A stretch of DNA of 59,786 bases, taken from Candidatus Daviesbacteria bacterium GW2011_GWA1_41_61. Its GTDB lineage: Bacteria > Patescibacteriota > Microgenomatia > Daviesbacterales > UBA10151. The DNA lies in contig LCBT01000001.1 in NCBI GenBank assembly GCA_000997385.1, forward strand, positions 115,707-175,492, in the 5' to 3' direction. The position numbers were made by a program, and so were the translations under genes. The notes below the pieces were generated by a model. That model was not told the DNA's origin. It did no database searches and was given only the letters and a program-made list of their open reading frames with translations. Positions 1 through 8,639 of the stretch are shown one piece after another; the stretch's first letter is position 1, and each line of letters starts with the position of its first letter.

Positions 1-669
1 GGGATAAACTAAAGTCCAGTTTAAAAAGTGGCTCATTGACTCACTTACTATTACGTAAATCAACAAAGGAATCACCAAGAGTAAAGGCCCCAAAGCAAGC
101 AAAACTAGCTCCTTTAAATTAATCCTTTTGATAGTTAATATATAAAAAAACACAAAAGAGACTGAATACAGTAAAGCTGTTTGCTTGATCATTATTGCTA
201 ACCCCAAAAATAGTCCTGTTAAAAAAAGGTTTTTTATCTCTTTTTTTTCCAGCCACTGCAGGGCAAAGTAAAATCCTAAAAGTAATGGTAAAACAGTAGC
301 CAAATCAAACCACAACATGTTACCTTCTAAAAATGACTGTAAAAAGATAAAAATTCCCAAAAAGAAAAGGGAGATAAATAAACTGGCAGTGATTCTTTTT
401 AAAATAAAATAGAGGATGATATCAATTCCCAAAATCATTCCCCAGGTGAGGACATTTAATACCTCCACTTGATAATCAAAAAAGTTAAAAACAACTGCCA
501 AAAGCCACACCAACCCCGGAGGATAAGGGAAGATAAAATCCTTATATAAAGAAAAACCTGAGGTGAAAAGATAAGGGTAAGCCAACATCTCCGGCCAGGC
601 AGTAAAAATAAGCCGGCTTAAAAGAAGAAGATGTAAAACTAAAAGAGCTGGTAAAAAAAATTTGGTCAT
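1..669 (-). CDS. Integral membrane protein, N-terminal part only (runs off the left edge). Third copy of the unassigned YKDF-loop putative GT-C-like family.
   Basis: Not in the supplied ORF track. My own minus-strand translation from ATG 669-667 stays open to position 1 (223 codons: MTKFFLPALLVLHLLLLSRLIFTAWPEMLAYPYLFTSGFSLYKDFIFPYPPGLVW...). The ATG overlaps the TGA of the upstream methyltransferase (ATGA, 669-666). The loop SGFSLYKDF..YPP aligns with GLVMYKDFLNFYFPL (28328..29785) and SGLVIYKDFVTQYFPILY (29790..31289). Confidence 0.7.
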   Translation of the reverse strand, partial: MTKFFLPALLVLHLLLLSRLIFTAWPEMLAYPYLFTSGFSLYKDFIFPYPPGLVWLLAVVFNFFDYQVEVLNVLTWGMILGIDIILYFILKRITASLFISLFFLGIFIFLQSFLEGNMLWFDLATVLPLLLGFYFALQWLEKKEIKNLFLTGLFLGLAIMIKQTALLYSVSFVFFYILTIKRINLKELVLLALGPLLLVIPLLIYVIVSESMSHFLNWTLVYP

Positions 670-1493
670 TTTTTGCTAGCGATAACCGTTAAACTTGTTC
701 CCTTACCCAAAAGAGTCACTACAAGAGCTGGAATTAGTGTTAAAAAGTTGGTAAAAAAGCGCTTCTTCAAAGTAAAAAATGATTGCCAAAGTTCCAGCCA
801 GGGATTGCCATAATCCCAAATCCCGGAAGGATAAGAAAGCCTTAAAATTTTAAACCTAAGTTTCGGTAACATCTTTTTCAACGCCTTATCGGTAAAATGC
901 CACAGATGTTCTTGCGGTAGTAAATAGGGCCAGTTACCCCCCCATATTTTAGCTGATAAACTGCCGAAATTAGGAACATCAATCAGCAGCAACCCATCTT
1001 TTTTTAGTAACTTGTTGACTTTTTGTAAAACTTCTATGGGAGAAATTAGATGCTCCAAAGTATGGTTTAAAATTACTAAATCAAAGGATTGGTTTGGTAA
1101 TCTAACTTTCTCAAAATAATCAATAATTGTGACAATTCCCTTTTCCTGGGACTTGCGGGCAGAGGCTAGGGAAACCTCAATACCCAAAACCTCCCACCCC
1201 AATTTCTGAAATAAAGACAACATAACTCCGGTGGAAGAGCCTATTTCTAAAACTTTTCCGGCTTTAGAAGAATATTTACCCACTAAATTTATCCTTCTTT
1301 GAAAGATATTGGCAAATTGTCTTTCAAAGGCTTGGTAGCATTCATCCCGATGATAACTTTCATTTTGCTGGTTGGTACCTACCGTCCTGCCCAGTCCGCA
1401 GTTAGAACAGCGGTAGATAGTATAATTTTTTCCCTTTAAATAAATAGGGGTTTTGCTACGGCATATAAGGCAATAGGGACTATCTTTTTCCAT
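666..1493 (-). CDS. Class I SAM-dependent methyltransferase with an N-terminal zinc ribbon
   Basis: 275-aa ORF with ATG at 1493. It has a CxxC...CxxC ribbon (CLICRSK...CSNCGL), SAM motif I VLEIGSSTG, and later FDLVILNHTLEHL. The C-terminal tail is hydrophobic (LTLIPALVVTLLG). Confidence 0.8.
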   Translation of the reverse strand: MEKDSPYCLICRSKTPIYLKGKNYTIYRCSNCGLGRTVGTNQQNESYHRDECYQAFERQFANIFQRRINLVGKYSSKAGKVLEIGSSTGVMLSLFQKLGWEVLGIEVSLASARKSQEKGIVTIIDYFEKVRLPNQSFDLVILNHTLEHLISPIEVLQKVNKLLKKDGLLLIDVPNFGSLSAKIWGGNWPYLLPQEHLWHFTDKALKKMLPKLRFKILRLSYPSGIWDYGNPWLELWQSFFTLKKRFFTNFLTLIPALVVTLLGKGTSLTVIASKK

Positions 1494-1501
1494 TAAATTA
1501 A

Positions 1502-2128
1502 CTATTTTTTTAACTTTACTAACTTTAACATTCCTAAACTGAAAGTTTTGACTAAACTCACCTTAAAACCTAAACCTTCTGCCATATCTTCCAAAAGAGT
1601 GCCGTTAAAACTTTGCACATGAACATGTTTCCAGACTGGATAGCGGAGATTCCAGATAAACCAAATTACTTTAAACAGTAGATTATCAGTGGGGATTAAA
1701 ATCACTGCGTAACCATTCTTTTTCACCACCCGGTAAATCTGGGCTAAAACTTTCTGGGGGAAATCTACATGTTCAATCATCTCTATACAAAAAGCAGCCT
1801 CAAAGAAGTTATTTTTAAAGGGAAGTTTTTGAGCATCTCCCACTACAAAATAACCATTTTTTATTCTTTTTTTGGCCTTTTCAATAGCTTTTGGGGAAAT
1901 ATCCAAACCATAGATCTTATCAGCCCCAGTCCAATTAACAATTTTTTGAGTCAGTAGTCCGCTATGACAACCGATATCCACTATTTTACCGTTAACAGGG
2001 GTGGTTATTTTTGACAATTCATTAAATCTTCGCCAGTGCCAAAATTTCTGAAAAACATTTTTCTTTATAGCCAGATCATAATGATCAGGGGAAACACCTT
2101 CATGTAATTGAAGTAATGTCTTAGCCAC
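1502..2128 (-). CDS. Class I SAM-dependent methyltransferase (Methyltransf_11-like), translationally coupled to the upstream GT-C gene
   Basis: 208-aa ORF. The GTG start at 2128 overlaps the TAA of 2121..4859 by 8 nt. Motifs: IVDIGCHSG, GDAQKLPF, IEMIEHV, VKKNG. Paralogous to 19292..19936 and 46715..47338. Confidence 0.8.
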   Translation of the reverse strand: MAKTLLQLHEGVSPDHYDLAIKKNVFQKFWHWRRFNELSKITTPVNGKIVDIGCHSGLLTQKIVNWTGADKIYGLDISPKAIEKAKKRIKNGYFVVGDAQKLPFKNNFFEAAFCIEMIEHVDFPQKVLAQIYRVVKKNGYAVILIPTDNLLFKVIWFIWNLRYPVWKHVHVQSFNGTLLEDMAEGLGFKVSLVKTFSLGMLKLVKLKK

Positions 2129-4859
2129 TTTTTCTTTCCCTTTCCCGCCGATTTTTGATCGACGCAGTTACACTAACACCTAAGAAGATGAGCAGAAAGG
2201 ATGTCACGGAAAGTATTATTCCCCAATTAACTTTGCTTTGAGGAGTAAAGATCAAATTTAAATTTGAAGACTGATCTTGAAGATAAAAACCATTCACCAT
2301 AGCATAAAAAGGTAGGTGGATGTTTCCTTCTATACCTTGGAGTTGCCATTGTGGATGATAATGATCGGTAAAAACTAACCAACGCCCTTTATCAGGTAGA
2401 CTTTTTATCTGATAGTGGGTAGGATTTATTTGCTGGTAATCAACTGGTAAAAAAGTTGTCGTTAACTTGTCGGATAACTTCTGCCAATCTTGGTCGTTCT
2501 CTATTTTGATAATAGGAAAACGATTCATCAGCGAATTAACGAGGTCTTGACTTTTAATCAATCTCTCTTCCGAAATTAGCGCTACAGCATTGACCATAGC
2601 GAAACCTACATTATTGACCAGTTCTATTTCGCTTTGGCCTTTTTTCAGTTCTAGAGGACCTATAATCTCCCAGGTAAATTTAGAGGGATGCTGATTAATC
2701 ATCGTTTTCTTCTGACCCTCTATCATTACTTTTATCCCCTGACTTTGACTACCTGTAGTAAACCTGACTCCCAGATAATATTTACCATCATCAGGGATAG
2801 GCAGTTCAAACTGGATCTTCTCACCAGTAATAGTGGAAAAAGCTACTCCTTGACCAAAATCAAATTCATAAGATCGGATATTTTGTTTTAATAAATCATA
2901 TTTCCAAGTCAAATAATCGCTACTACCTCTTAACATCCATTGATTGATTTTAGCCTTAGAGGGAGCAACCATTAAATCCTGATTCAAAGACATTATTAAA
3001 TCTCCCTCTCCTTTATTAACAAACACAATAGTTACTGCCTGAGGAGGGATATCTTTAAAGACACTGAGGTCAATACCTCCCTGCTCTAAGAAGACAAATC
3101 CTTGCCCTGCCAGGGAAAAATTACTGCTTTTAATTAAATGGCGGTAAATCTCCTCCCCTCCCACTACTAAATACATTTTTTCTTGGGCAAATATATGAGG
3201 TAGAGGATTATCAACCTGATAGGCACTAAAAGATAAGGGCCAAGAAAGCTTCTGCCAGAAAGGTAAAGTGGAGATAAGTTGTAAAAAGTTTTTCCTTTCA
3301 GCTTTATCTTCTTCGGTCCAGGTTTTTTTCCTTTCATTGTCGGGGAAAAAGACATATTTGACCCCCAATAATTTTAACCACTCCTTAAGCTGAGGTGACC
3401 TCAGATATTGAAAAAGGTCATATCTGCCGTCAATCATTGAGGCAAAAGGACGCTCTTGGTAAAGCAAGTTTGCCGAGAGTGCTGGCTTCTCCCAACTGGA
3501 AAAAGCTAGCGGCGGGCGTTCCTCAAACCATAAAGTCTGGTAAAAGGAAGTATCCTTAGATAAATTATGGTAAATTGTTTGAAAACTGCTTATCTCCCCG
3601 GGTTTACCTAAAGCGCCACTTAAACCTCCTCCCAGCGCAGGATAAATAAGCAAGATCAGATAAATATACAACCCAAGAAATATTAATACTTGCCACTTAA
3701 AGCGGATAATTTTCTCATTAATCTTCTCCCAACTTAACCCTAAAAGAACGCTGAAAACTAAAATTAAAGGAATATAAAATTTTGAAGAATCCCGAAAAGC
3801 CACACCTAAAGGTAAATAATTTACTGCCAGATTGTAAATCTCTCCTCCCGGAGGATTGCCCCCTTTGGCTAAAAATGCCAGTAGCAGCAAGAGTAAAACC
3901 AAACCAAGTTTAAATTTTCTCTGAAAGATTTTTTCACTTCTTAAAAAAAACAATCCGCTTAAAGTGATAAGTGGTAACAACCAAAAATAGACAGGAGCAG
4001 TTGATAATTTACCAAACTCATTGTTGGGGAAATGAGGCTGAAAAAGTAATAAACTATCAACAAAGGTAGGAAGATTTGCCCCACCTTCCAAAACAGTTCC
4101 TGCACCAAGGGCTGAATAGTTAGTTAAAAATGGGATAATCCAAAAAGCATTAAGCGCCGCTGCTGATAAGAAAAGTCCACACAAAAAGATTATCTTTTTT
4201 CTCTCCAGCAAACTTTCCCGGAAAGAAAAAAACCCGATCAGTTGCCAAAGTCCAACAAATAAAATCAAAATTAGAAAGATTCTTAGATCAGTATTAGAAA
4301 TTAAAAAAAATGTTACCAGAGCAAAAAGATAATTTCTTAAATTAGGTTTATTCCAACATTGTAAAAAGGCAAAAGCACTTAAAGGGAAAAATCCGTAAGC
4401 TAAAGCTACCCCAATTTGTCCTCCATCCAATAACATTAAAAAATAAGTATTAAAAGCATAAAGGAAACTGCCTATAAACCTCCCCCACCTGTTAACTGTT
4501 ACCTGTCCCAGAAAAACCCAGGCTCCAACAATGGATAAAATGGTGGCGGGAAAATAAAAAACCAACCTGATCAAAACTTCACTGCTCAGGTTAAATAAAT
4601 AAGCTAAGACTCCATAACTAAAGGTTGGTAAAAACAACCACAACAAGGAGGATTGAGGTTGGCCAAAGTTATCGTTTCTAAAGTTCCACAGTAGAGGCTT
4701 AGAAAAAAGCTCTTTTAGATTCTCAGTATAAAAATATGGTGCATCACCCCAAGACAATGGGCTACCAGTAAAAAAGGCTTGGTATATCAAAAGGTAAGGG
4801 ATCAAAAATCCTAAAAAAACAGTCACTATTTTAACTGTATTAATGAAAGGAGGTTTCAT
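2121..4859 (-). CDS. Large GT-C-type membrane glycosyltransferase, AftD/DUF3367-like
   Basis: 912-aa ORF. The N-terminal ~430 aa contain many hydrophobic segments, followed by a large soluble region and a terminal TM anchor (ILSVTSFLLIFLGVSV). The loop SWGDAPYFY...LLWNFRNDNFGQPQ resembles the AftD-type N-terminus. The C-terminal HYHPQWQLQG...VNGFYL resembles that of 21826..24918. Family call is by eye. Confidence 0.6.
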   Translation of the reverse strand: MKPPFINTVKIVTVFLGFLIPYLLIYQAFFTGSPLSWGDAPYFYTENLKELFSKPLLWNFRNDNFGQPQSSLLWLFLPTFSYGVLAYLFNLSSEVLIRLVFYFPATILSIVGAWVFLGQVTVNRWGRFIGSFLYAFNTYFLMLLDGGQIGVALAYGFFPLSAFAFLQCWNKPNLRNYLFALVTFFLISNTDLRIFLILILFVGLWQLIGFFSFRESLLERKKIIFLCGLFLSAAALNAFWIIPFLTNYSALGAGTVLEGGANLPTFVDSLLLFQPHFPNNEFGKLSTAPVYFWLLPLITLSGLFFLRSEKIFQRKFKLGLVLLLLLLAFLAKGGNPPGGEIYNLAVNYLPLGVAFRDSSKFYIPLILVFSVLLGLSWEKINEKIIRFKWQVLIFLGLYIYLILLIYPALGGGLSGALGKPGEISSFQTIYHNLSKDTSFYQTLWFEERPPLAFSSWEKPALSANLLYQERPFASMIDGRYDLFQYLRSPQLKEWLKLLGVKYVFFPDNERKKTWTEEDKAERKNFLQLISTLPFWQKLSWPLSFSAYQVDNPLPHIFAQEKMYLVVGGEEIYRHLIKSSNFSLAGQGFVFLEQGGIDLSVFKDIPPQAVTIVFVNKGEGDLIMSLNQDLMVAPSKAKINQWMLRGSSDYLTWKYDLLKQNIRSYEFDFGQGVAFSTITGEKIQFELPIPDDGKYYLGVRFTTGSQSQGIKVMIEGQKKTMINQHPSKFTWEIIGPLELKKGQSEIELVNNVGFAMVNAVALISEERLIKSQDLVNSLMNRFPIIKIENDQDWQKLSDKLTTTFLPVDYQQINPTHYQIKSLPDKGRWLVFTDHYHPQWQLQGIEGNIHLPFYAMVNGFYLQDQSSNLNLIFTPQSKVNWGIILSVTSFLLIFLGVSVTASIKNRRERERKSG

Positions 4860-4862
4860 AAG

Positions 4863-6392
4863 TTAGATAGGATACCTTTTTTGGACAATAAAGTCACCAA
4901 TTTTTTCTTGGTGGGAAACTTTAGTAAAATAACTTTCCTCCCGTAAGATGTTTTCAATCAAAGAATCCCTGATTCCCCGGGTAGGTTCGATTATTAAAAA
5001 TCGGTTAGAAGGAAGTGTTGATTTGGCTGTTACTACCTGTAAATTTCCTGGGTATCCAGAGGCTGCCTCCCCTCCCCAGATAGGTAAATAGCCATACTTA
5101 CCTTTCCCATACCACTGGAAGAGGTAACTCCAGGTAGTGTTGATGGAAAAAGGCATGGTCACAGCATAAACGGTAAATTGTTGCCCCGAAGATGCTTGGT
5201 AAATATAGTCGAGTACTTTCTTTTCATCGGATAAAAGCATCCCGCTTTGAACATTGATGGTTGACATAGATCCTTTGCTGTTGATAGAAGTTATCAGCAT
5301 CAGATTGGATATGAGGGGAATAATTATTAACAAAATAGCCGCTGCATTGACCCTTTCCCAAACCTGGGTTAGCAGAAAACTTACTCCAATAAGTAAACTG
5401 ATTGAGGCTCCCACACTATAATAATAAAGCGGGGTGGGAGTAGTATTATTATAATAAGGTATAGTGCCGCTTAGAAACCAAACCACTAAAAATAAGGTTT
5501 TCAGACGGGAAGACTTCTTTATCAGCAGAACCAAAGATATAGCTATTAACAAAACCAGTGAAACTCCAGTTAAAGAATTCTCCGATAGTAAATTATCTCC
5601 TACTAAACGGTGGCTGATCAAATAGATATTGTCTAAAATTTGTTTCAAAGACACTTCCAAGGTACCTGACTGAGACAATAAATTAGAAAAAACAGCCACA
5701 GAGCGGAAGTGAAACTTTATCTCCGCTGCAATAAAGGTGGCGGTGGTTAAGGCAAAGGCTAAGATAGATAGCAGCCATACCTCTTTGTTTATTTTAGGTA
5801 AAGTTTTTCTAAAAATTAACAGTAGTAAGGCCAGTGGTATCAGCAAGGAGGTTAAAACAAACTCAAATTGGATAGATAATCCTAGCCCTGCTAAAGCTAA
5901 TATTAAACCCCTTGGCTCTTTCTTAAAAAAAAGCAACGCTAAGCCAAGGTAAAAAATAGTGACTGTCACCACTGCCAACGAAGGATGGTTGAAATATAAA
6001 GCATACTGAGTTTGCTCAAAGGAGAAGGCAAAAAACAGGGCTGAAAGTAGTCCCACCCGTTTATTAAAAATAACTGTTCCTACCCCAAATACTAAAAATA
6101 TAGTTCCGGCATTAATGATTCTTAAAAATGCTGCCACGAACTTCGGATCTCCACCTCCTAGATAATAAAGCGGAGCATAAAGATAGTAATAAAGAGGCCC
6201 GTGAAACCACCCATCAACACTAGTCGGCGGACCAACCACTCTGAACTCACCGAAAACAATCTCTAAAGAGGCAAAAGCATCCCGAGCCTGATCGAAACCA
6301 AAATAAATGTTGTTAGGAAAGTATAAAAAACGTAAAGTTAAGGCTAATACAAAGATTATGAAAAGTAGTAGGAGTATTTTCTTGTTTTGCAT
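4863..6392 (-). CDS. PMT_2/ArnT-like (GT39/GT83-type) GT-C membrane glycosyltransferase
   Basis: 509-aa ORF with ATG at 6392. Loop-1 motif FGFDQARDAF is followed by GPPTS..HGPLYYYLYAPL and many TM segments. It is a strong paralogue of 8640..10127 over its whole length, for example NTTWSYLFQWYGKGKYGY and FLIIEPTRGIR. Confidence 0.75.
   Translation of the reverse strand: MQNKKILLLLFIIFVLALTLRFLYFPNNIYFGFDQARDAFASLEIVFGEFRVVGPPTSVDGWFHGPLYYYLYAPLYYLGGGDPKFVAAFLRIINAGTIFLVFGVGTVIFNKRVGLLSALFFAFSFEQTQYALYFNHPSLAVVTVTIFYLGLALLFFKKEPRGLILALAGLGLSIQFEFVLTSLLIPLALLLLIFRKTLPKINKEVWLLSILAFALTTATFIAAEIKFHFRSVAVFSNLLSQSGTLEVSLKQILDNIYLISHRLVGDNLLSENSLTGVSLVLLIAISLVLLIKKSSRLKTLFLVVWFLSGTIPYYNNTTPTPLYYYSVGASISLLIGVSFLLTQVWERVNAAAILLIIIPLISNLMLITSINSKGSMSTINVQSGMLLSDEKKVLDYIYQASSGQQFTVYAVTMPFSINTTWSYLFQWYGKGKYGYLPIWGGEAASGYPGNLQVVTAKSTLPSNRFLIIEPTRGIRDSLIENILREESYFTKVSHQEKIGDFIVQKRYPI
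5090..5141. repeat. Left arm of a 52-nt inverted repeat, 48/52 identical to 9849..9900
   Basis: The reverse complement of 5090..5141 is aacactacctggagttacctcttccagtggtatgggaaaggtaagtatggct. Positions 9849..9900 read aacactacctggagttaccttttccagtggtatggaaaagggcagtatggct. I counted 4 mismatches by hand. Confidence 0.85.
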
Positions 6393-6400
6393 AACCTACT

Positions 6401-7252
6401 CTAATAACCGACTTTTTGCCAAGGCCAATATTTCCTCTTTAATTTTTTTAATTGTGTTTCAATGATAGCTCTGATGAAATAACGGGAGGGCATTTTCTCC
6501 CAGGGTGAAGCAACCGCAGATGGAGTTTGTTGAGAAAAAACTTCTGGATATTGGAAATCTTTAGGAAAAGTTAAACCAATTTCATATTTAAACTTGTGGC
6601 TTCTTTTGGGAACTTTTAAATCACTCTGACGGGATGATGATCTTAGTATATTGGTAAAATGCATATAGGGAGCATCGATGAATTTACGGTTTCGTTTAGG
6701 CCTTTGTTGGATTAAAGTTCCATCTTTATCATAAAGGCCCTGCTGACCATGAGGCTTGGCAAAATGTAAACCAGGAATTCCTCTTTTCATGGCCCGGATA
6801 TTGACATGACCATGATGTTCATCAATCTGATACCTGCCTGCCGATTCCTCTTGATAATGGTAAACATCGCCGATAACGTTAAAATAAGGAGAAACGATAC
6901 TTTCTAGAACGTCTCCTTCCCTTTGGATAGTATTTACCACTTCTTTAATTGATTTTTCCCACCACACCTCATCTCCATCGAGGATCATAAACCAATCACT
7001 TTTGGTTTGCTGGAGCATCTGCTGGCGAACTTTAGTAAACTCCTCGGGATCAACTTCTCCCACCTCTTTAAACTCCACTTTATCTCCCTTGATATTTTGA
7101 ATCTGTTTAATAATTTCTACTGTCTTATCGCTGCTACCGGTATCCCAAAGTAAAACCTTATCCACAAAATCCGCCACCGACATAACGGCATACCAAAGAT
7201 ACTTCTCTTCATTTTTAACTAAGGTATGTACCCAAATATTTTTCTTGCTCAC
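6401..7252 (-). CDS. GT2-family glycosyltransferase
   Basis: 283-aa ORF. The GTG start at 7252 is preceded by AAGGAG with a 6-nt spacer (reverse complement of 7253-7270: tcaagaaaggagataaaaGTG). N-terminal VHTLVKNEEKYL...LLWDTGSSDKT, and the DxD-like ILDGDEVW. Confidence 0.75.
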   Translation of the reverse strand: MSKKNIWVHTLVKNEEKYLWYAVMSVADFVDKVLLWDTGSSDKTVEIIKQIQNIKGDKVEFKEVGEVDPEEFTKVRQQMLQQTKSDWFMILDGDEVWWEKSIKEVVNTIQREGDVLESIVSPYFNVIGDVYHYQEESAGRYQIDEHHGHVNIRAMKRGIPGLHFAKPHGQQGLYDKDGTLIQQRPKRNRKFIDAPYMHFTNILRSSSRQSDLKVPKRSHKFKYEIGLTFPKDFQYPEVFSQQTPSAVASPWEKMPSRYFIRAIIETQLKKLKRKYWPWQKVGY

Positions 7253-8522
7253 TTTTATCTCCTTTCTTGAATTGATAGATTACCCAAACAGCAGGAACCA
7301 CAAAATTAAAAATATTACTAAAAAGGATCGTTAAGGAGGCACCTAGAATTCCCCATTTTGATATTAAGACCCATCCTAAAACTGCAGTGATTACCAGTTG
7401 CCCCAAAGCAGTCCAGGTAAAAAGCCGTGGTTTGGAAAAATAATAAAAGATTGCCTGATGGACAGGCAAAGATAAAAGAAAGACTAACTGGGCAATAAAT
7501 AAAATAATAAACGGAGTGACACTAGCTCTATAATCCTGACCATAAATTAAAGGGATAAAGTAAATCATCAAGGGGAGAAGTATAACTCCTCCTGTAGACA
7601 ATCCCAGTACTAAAAGTTGTAATTTTTTTAGATAGGTTATGGCTTTTTGTTGGCTGTCTAAACTACTCAGCTTAGGAGCAACAACCGTAGCTAAAGCAAA
7701 GACGAGTTGAGGCACTACTATAGTAAGCTGGACAGCCGCTGCATAAATTCCCACCTCAGTAGTGGTCAAAAGCCTGGCAGAGATAAAAGTATCCAGTCTG
7801 GAACCTATGGCTGTTAAAATTCCCACCAAAGCTACCCACTTACTATAATGGAGTAATTCCCTGCTTACTGACCGCTCCTGTTTAACAAACAAAAAGTTTG
7901 GGAGCAGGAATAGAGTAATAAAAAAGCCCAAAAAAGGAACAGTGATATAAGTAATTAGTGTTGTTTGAAGGTTGAAGATACCAAAGGCAGTTAAAGCTAA
8001 TATCGCTGTAAGTCTTAAACTGTTCATACTAATATTTACCAAACTCCAAGCCCAAAATTTTTGATAAGCCTGGATAGCATGAGTAGTTAAAGAAAAGAGC
8101 AGAGCTCCTCCAACTCCGATTAAGGCTAGGCGGAAGGGCTCAATAAATTCAGGCTTTAAAAAGATTGAATGGACAATTAGCGGGGCTAAAACCCAGCCCA
8201 GAGTAAGGATTGTAAACCAAACAGCTAACTTCACCTCTAAGCCAAGTTTGATAAACCTTAAAGCGGTATCTGATTTTGCAGGCTTACCCACAAAACGGAT
8301 GACGGCAGTATCAATTCCCAAATCAGCAATATCAGCAATAGTAGTAATGGCGGCGATGGCTACAGCCAAAGTTCCATAAACACTGGGGCCCAAGCTTCTG
8401 GCTACTATAATATAAAAAAATAGGCCTAATAAACCGTTAATTGCTGTCCCCCCCGAAGTTATTAAAAAATGATTAATTGTTTTGGAGGTAACAACTGACT
8501 TTAAATCCCTAATAAAAAACAT
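7215..8522 (-). CDS. Wzx-like oligosaccharide/polysaccharide flippase (MOP superfamily)
   Basis: 435-aa ORF with about 12 hydrophobic segments. The N-terminal GTAINGLLGLFFYIIVARSLGPSVYGTLAVAIA...DLGIDTAVIRF is typical of Polysacc_synt proteins. Its 3' end overlaps the downstream GT2 by 38 nt. Confidence 0.75.
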   Translation of the reverse strand: MFFIRDLKSVVTSKTINHFLITSGGTAINGLLGLFFYIIVARSLGPSVYGTLAVAIAAITTIADIADLGIDTAVIRFVGKPAKSDTALRFIKLGLEVKLAVWFTILTLGWVLAPLIVHSIFLKPEFIEPFRLALIGVGGALLFSLTTHAIQAYQKFWAWSLVNISMNSLRLTAILALTAFGIFNLQTTLITYITVPFLGFFITLFLLPNFLFVKQERSVSRELLHYSKWVALVGILTAIGSRLDTFISARLLTTTEVGIYAAAVQLTIVVPQLVFALATVVAPKLSSLDSQQKAITYLKKLQLLVLGLSTGGVILLPLMIYFIPLIYGQDYRASVTPFIILFIAQLVFLLSLPVHQAIFYYFSKPRLFTWTALGQLVITAVLGWVLISKWGILGASLTILFSNIFNFVVPAVWVIYQFKKGDKSEQEKYLGTYLS

Positions 8523-8537
8523 ATTTGTCTTGAGTTG

Positions 8538-8546
8538 AGAATAACA
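8538..8546 (-). promoter_or_regulatory. Candidate extended -10 (TGtTATTCT) for the flippase operon
   Basis: The minus strand reads TGTTATTCT, 15 nt upstream of ATG 8522. No SD is visible. Confidence 0.25.
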
Positions 8547-8564
8547 TTTTTTAAACCCCGATGC

Positions 8565-8574
8565 TACTGCAGTA
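8565..8574. repeat. Perfect 10-bp palindrome TACTGCAGTA in the divergent intergenic region
   Basis: Read directly. It lies centrally between the two candidate divergent promoters of the 8523..8639 gap. Confidence 0.6.
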
Positions 8575-8621
8575 AATCAACTGTCCACCTTGATCTATTC
8601 ATATATTTATCAAATCAACTT

Positions 8622-8630
8622 TGTTAAAAT
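8622..8630 (+). promoter_or_regulatory. Candidate extended -10 (TGtTAAAAT), 9 nt before ATG 8640
   Basis: Sequence is ttTGtTAAAATtcattaaagATG. The spacing implies a leaderless or near-leaderless transcript. Confidence 0.35.
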
Positions 8631-8639
8631 TCATTAAAG

